Translations under genes and position numbers: made by a program | Shown here: positions 61,140-64,000 of the stretch, in pieces | How positions within the stretch are numbered: position 1 is the stretch's first letter | Layout: each line of letters opens with the position of its first letter | Notes under the pieces: generated by a model | Databases searched by the model: none | Seen by the model: only the letters and a program-made list of their open reading frames with translations | Told to the model about the DNA's origin: nothing | Source of the DNA: a virus | Lineage: Duplodnaviria > Caudoviricetes | Length of the DNA: 64,000 bases | Direction: 5' to 3' (one strand) | Virus record (IMG/VR): IMGVR_UViG_3300006143_000333 | Span: 32,001-96,000 of that record

Positions 61140-62687
61140 TTGACAGAGGAACATAGTGCTTCAAACATTCAAGCGGAGATATGCTTCGTAGGCGCACTAC
61201 TCAAAGCTCCTGATTCATTTGTTAATTACGGTAATTTTATGAGAAGTAAATACGACTTCTCAGATCCGGCAGTAAAGTTCTTTTATGACAGTTTTGAAAC
61301 TTACTATTTAACTTTCTCACAGACAGTAGATGAGACAAAGATGAATGTGTTTATGAGTCAAAATCCAGAAAGATTAAGCACATATAAGCAATATAAAGGC
61401 TGGAAAACCATACAGCAATATATGAATCTTGCAGATGAAAACGACTGTAAAAATTATTTTGATACAATCAAAAAGTATTCTCTTGTAAGAGAATATGGAA
61501 GAAATGGATTTCCGGTTGAAAAGATTTTGTCTCATAAGAACTTCGATAAGATGTCTCCCAATGATATATATAGGATTATTCGCACAAAGGCAGATAAAAT
61601 ACACACAGTCATCAATGCAGGTGAGGAGGCAGTAGAACTTACAGACAATAATACAGTACAAATTGACAAGTATCTTGAAAAGCCTAATTTCGGTTTACCG
61701 TTCCCTTGGTATATGTATAATGAATATTTCCTTGGTATGAGAGATACAAAACTACTATTTGAGGGGTTCTTGTCTAATGAAGGTAAAACAAGAAAACTGG
61801 TATTATTGGCAGCTTATGTAGCACTTGTACAAAATGAAAACTTTTTTCTTATGAGTAATGAAATGGATGAAGAAGATTTGAGAAGCTGTTTAATAACAAC
61901 GGTTATCAACAATAAAGAATTTCAGGATTTACATGGTGTTGTACTTGAAAAGCCAGAGAAAGAAATTGTTCTTGGTGTGTACCATGATAAAAGAGGAGAA
62001 ATCATCAGAAGAAAAATAGATGATTTTGGTATCTATATAGAATCAAATGAAGAATACATAAAAAGAGTACAGAAAGAATCAGAAGAATATTGGCAAGTAA
62101 AAACTGTAACAGAATGGATCGACAGTTCTGACCGTAAGGGTAAAGTTCTATTTAAAGATGTTGGTAATGATTATAGCCCAGAGCAGATTGAGTTTGAATT
62201 GCGTAAAGCAAAAATGGTTCAAAACATCAAATATTATGGATATGACACATTAAAAGGATATAACACAGATGATTGGTCACAAATAAAACAGTTTGCTACC
62301 AAGCTGAAAGAATTGACAAAAGAATTAAGAATGAGTGGTTATGCAGTCTTTCAGTTGAGTGATGATACTGTGTTTACAGATATTTTTAGTCTAAGCAGTA
62401 ACAATATTGCAAATGCAAAACAGATAAAACACGTTGCTGACATCTTGAATATTGGTAAGAAACTAAATAAGGATGAATATCACAAATATCAAATGGTGGC
62501 AGAAAATGATAGTTGGGGTGAGCCTGTTACAGAAGATTTAGACTTAAAAAAGCAATACTTTTGCATTAAACCTGATAAAAACAGGGCTGGCAGCAAAGAT
62601 AAAGTCATGTTATTTGAAATAGATCTCAATTTTAATATTTGGAGAAATATAGGTTATATCATTAAAAAACCGAAAAGTACAGAATAA
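61140..62687 (+). CDS. DnaB-like replicative helicase
   Basis: SNEGKT, SNEM, YDTLK, VFQL, DKNRAG. Confidence 0.85.
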   Translation: MTEEHSASNIQAEICFVGALLKAPDSFVNYGNFMRSKYDFSDPAVKFFYDSFETYYLTFSQTVDETKMNVFMSQNPERLSTYKQYKGWKTIQQYMNLADENDCKNYFDTIKKYSLVREYGRNGFPVEKILSHKNFDKMSPNDIYRIIRTKADKIHTVINAGEEAVELTDNNTVQIDKYLEKPNFGLPFPWYMYNEYFLGMRDTKLLFEGFLSNEGKTRKLVLLAAYVALVQNENFFLMSNEMDEEDLRSCLITTVINNKEFQDLHGVVLEKPEKEIVLGVYHDKRGEIIRRKIDDFGIYIESNEEYIKRVQKESEEYWQVKTVTEWIDSSDRKGKVLFKDVGNDYSPEQIEFELRKAKMVQNIKYYGYDTLKGYNTDDWSQIKQFATKLKELTKELRMSGYAVFQLSDDTVFTDIFSLSSNNIANAKQIKHVADILNIGKKLNKDEYHKYQMVAENDSWGEPVTEDLDLKKQYFCIKPDKNRAGSKDKVMLFEIDLNFNIWRNIGYIIKKPKSTE

Positions 62688-62702
62688 TTTGGAGGGTGGC
62701 AC

Positions 62703-63728
62703 TTGGATGTAAAAGAATTAAAGAATTACATATATGAAAACAGATATGTTGAGCAAATCCTAGAATCCATTGGTTGCCACCATATCAAATACCATGCTTC
62801 AAATAGTTATTGGACTTGTGCAAACGCAACAGGAGATAACAATGGAGCAATTGTTTTATATAACAGCGAGTATTTAATGTGTCAGAACTATACAAGACAG
62901 ATGATTAGAACTAATCGAAAAACAGATATTATTGATTTGGTGTGTTATACAAAGGATTTAACTTTCCCTAAAGGTTTGCAGTTTATATGTGATGAAATTG
63001 GAATGTCTTATTACCACGACTTTGAAGAAGACATTCCAGAAAGTTTTAAGATTCTGAAAATGATAGATGACATGAGTTCTAATACAAATATAGAAAAAGA
63101 GAAACCATTAAAACCAATCAGTGAAAGTGTGCTTTCCTATTATAAAAGATATGGAAACGATTTGTTTTATGAAGATAACATAGATTATTCCACGCAAAAA
63201 GAATTTGAGATTGGCTTTGATGAAGAAAGTAACAGATACACAATTCCTATTCGCTCAGAGCTTGGTGATTTGGTAGGAATTAAAGGAAGATATTTTTATA
63301 GAGAAGTTCCTGAAGGAGAAAACAAATATATTTATTTAGAACCATGTGCAAGATCGAAAATTATTTATGGATTATATAAGACTATTGATTATATAAAATC
63401 ATCTGGAAAGATATTTGTAGGAGAAAGTGAGAAATTTTCACAACAGCTATGGAGTTATGGATATAGAAATAGTGGAGGAACTGGAGGCAAGGAATTATCA
63501 CAACATCAGATAGATATGCTTGTTAGGCTTGGAGTAATGATTATTTTCTGTTTTGATAAGGATGTTACAAAAGATGGATTGGAAAAGTTAGCTGATAGAT
63601 TTCCTGATGGGGTTCCTCTGTTCTATATATATGATGAAGACAATGTTTTGAACGAACATGAATCACCTTCGGATAACCCTACAAAGTGGCAGTATATGGT
63701 AGAACATAATGTTTACAAATTGAGATAG
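62703..63728 (+). CDS. DNA primase (Toprim)
   Basis: IPIR..GIKGR, KYIY, VGESEK, FCFDKD, SPSD. Confidence 0.82.
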   Translation: MDVKELKNYIYENRYVEQILESIGCHHIKYHASNSYWTCANATGDNNGAIVLYNSEYLMCQNYTRQMIRTNRKTDIIDLVCYTKDLTFPKGLQFICDEIGMSYYHDFEEDIPESFKILKMIDDMSSNTNIEKEKPLKPISESVLSYYKRYGNDLFYEDNIDYSTQKEFEIGFDEESNRYTIPIRSELGDLVGIKGRYFYREVPEGENKYIYLEPCARSKIIYGLYKTIDYIKSSGKIFVGESEKFSQQLWSYGYRNSGGTGGKELSQHQIDMLVRLGVMIIFCFDKDVTKDGLEKLADRFPDGVPLFYIYDEDNVLNEHESPSDNPTKWQYMVEHNVYKLR

Positions 63729-63740
63729 AGAGGTGTGAAT

Positions 63741-64000
63741 TTGCAATATAAATTATATGAAAACGGAAATAATGATACTTCTAATGTGTTAGCAGAAGTT
63801 CTTAAAAATAGAGGAATAGATGATTATAACAGATATTTAAACTTAAATGAGAGTGTCGTTGAACCATATCAGAATTTAGACCATATTGAAGAAGCAGTAA
63901 ATCTATTCATGAAGCATTTTAATCAAAAAAGTAAGATTGGAATATTGGTGGATGAAGATCCAGACGGATTTTGTTCTGCAGCAATGATGTATTTATACAT
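63741..64000 (+). CDS. RecJ-like DHH exonuclease (5' part, truncated by window)
   Basis: TTG behind GAGGTG; LKNRGI, ILVDEDPDGFCSAA. Confidence 0.75.
   Translation, partial: MQYKLYENGNNDTSNVLAEVLKNRGIDDYNRYLNLNESVVEPYQNLDHIEEAVNLFMKHFNQKSKIGILVDEDPDGFCSAAMMYLY

Larger units (their letters stand above)
1..64000 (+). mobile_element. Segment of a large temperate phage/prophage (SPbeta-like replication module), early/middle gene region
   Basis: Dense co-oriented small ORFs, repressor/cro pair, antirepressor-like gene, orphan methyltransferases, DGR and a helicase-primase-RecJ block; no housekeeping genes. Confidence 0.85.

Noticed and set aside
1-64000. A second DGR target or the cassette recombinase
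   Set aside because: No other ORF ends in a VR-like GVRP segment and none shows tyrosine- or serine-recombinase motifs in this window

Overview
A 64-kb, AT-rich, almost entirely plus-strand slice of the early/middle region of a large temperate phage or prophage of a Clostridia-type Firmicute (host inferred from promoters, SD sequences, and LexA- and NrdR-like boxes). There are no structural genes and no integrase in the window. It ends in an SPbeta-like replication module (putative SSB, P-loop ATPase, helicase, primase, RecJ). Cargo includes yefM-yoeB, tnpB, DUF262, Fic and HEPN-like genes, a repressor/cro switch, an orphan MazF, a tRNA(CAT), Thg1, CCA-adding enzyme and RNA ligase, a complete diversity-generating retroelement, four methyltransferases, a P-type ATPase-vWA-TerD operon and many small ORFs. 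The main unexplained structure is about 35 copies of a 16-bp inverted repeat, T(G/A)AAA-N6-TTT(C/T)A, with an always-different 6-bp core. They sit between a stop codon and the next RBS and partition the accessory region into cassette-like units, suggesting an integron-like, tyrosine-recombinase-driven gene-cassette array. A second novelty is a shared three-way-junction leader upstream of four DNA-modification genes. All family calls are from motif recognition by eye; no searches were run.
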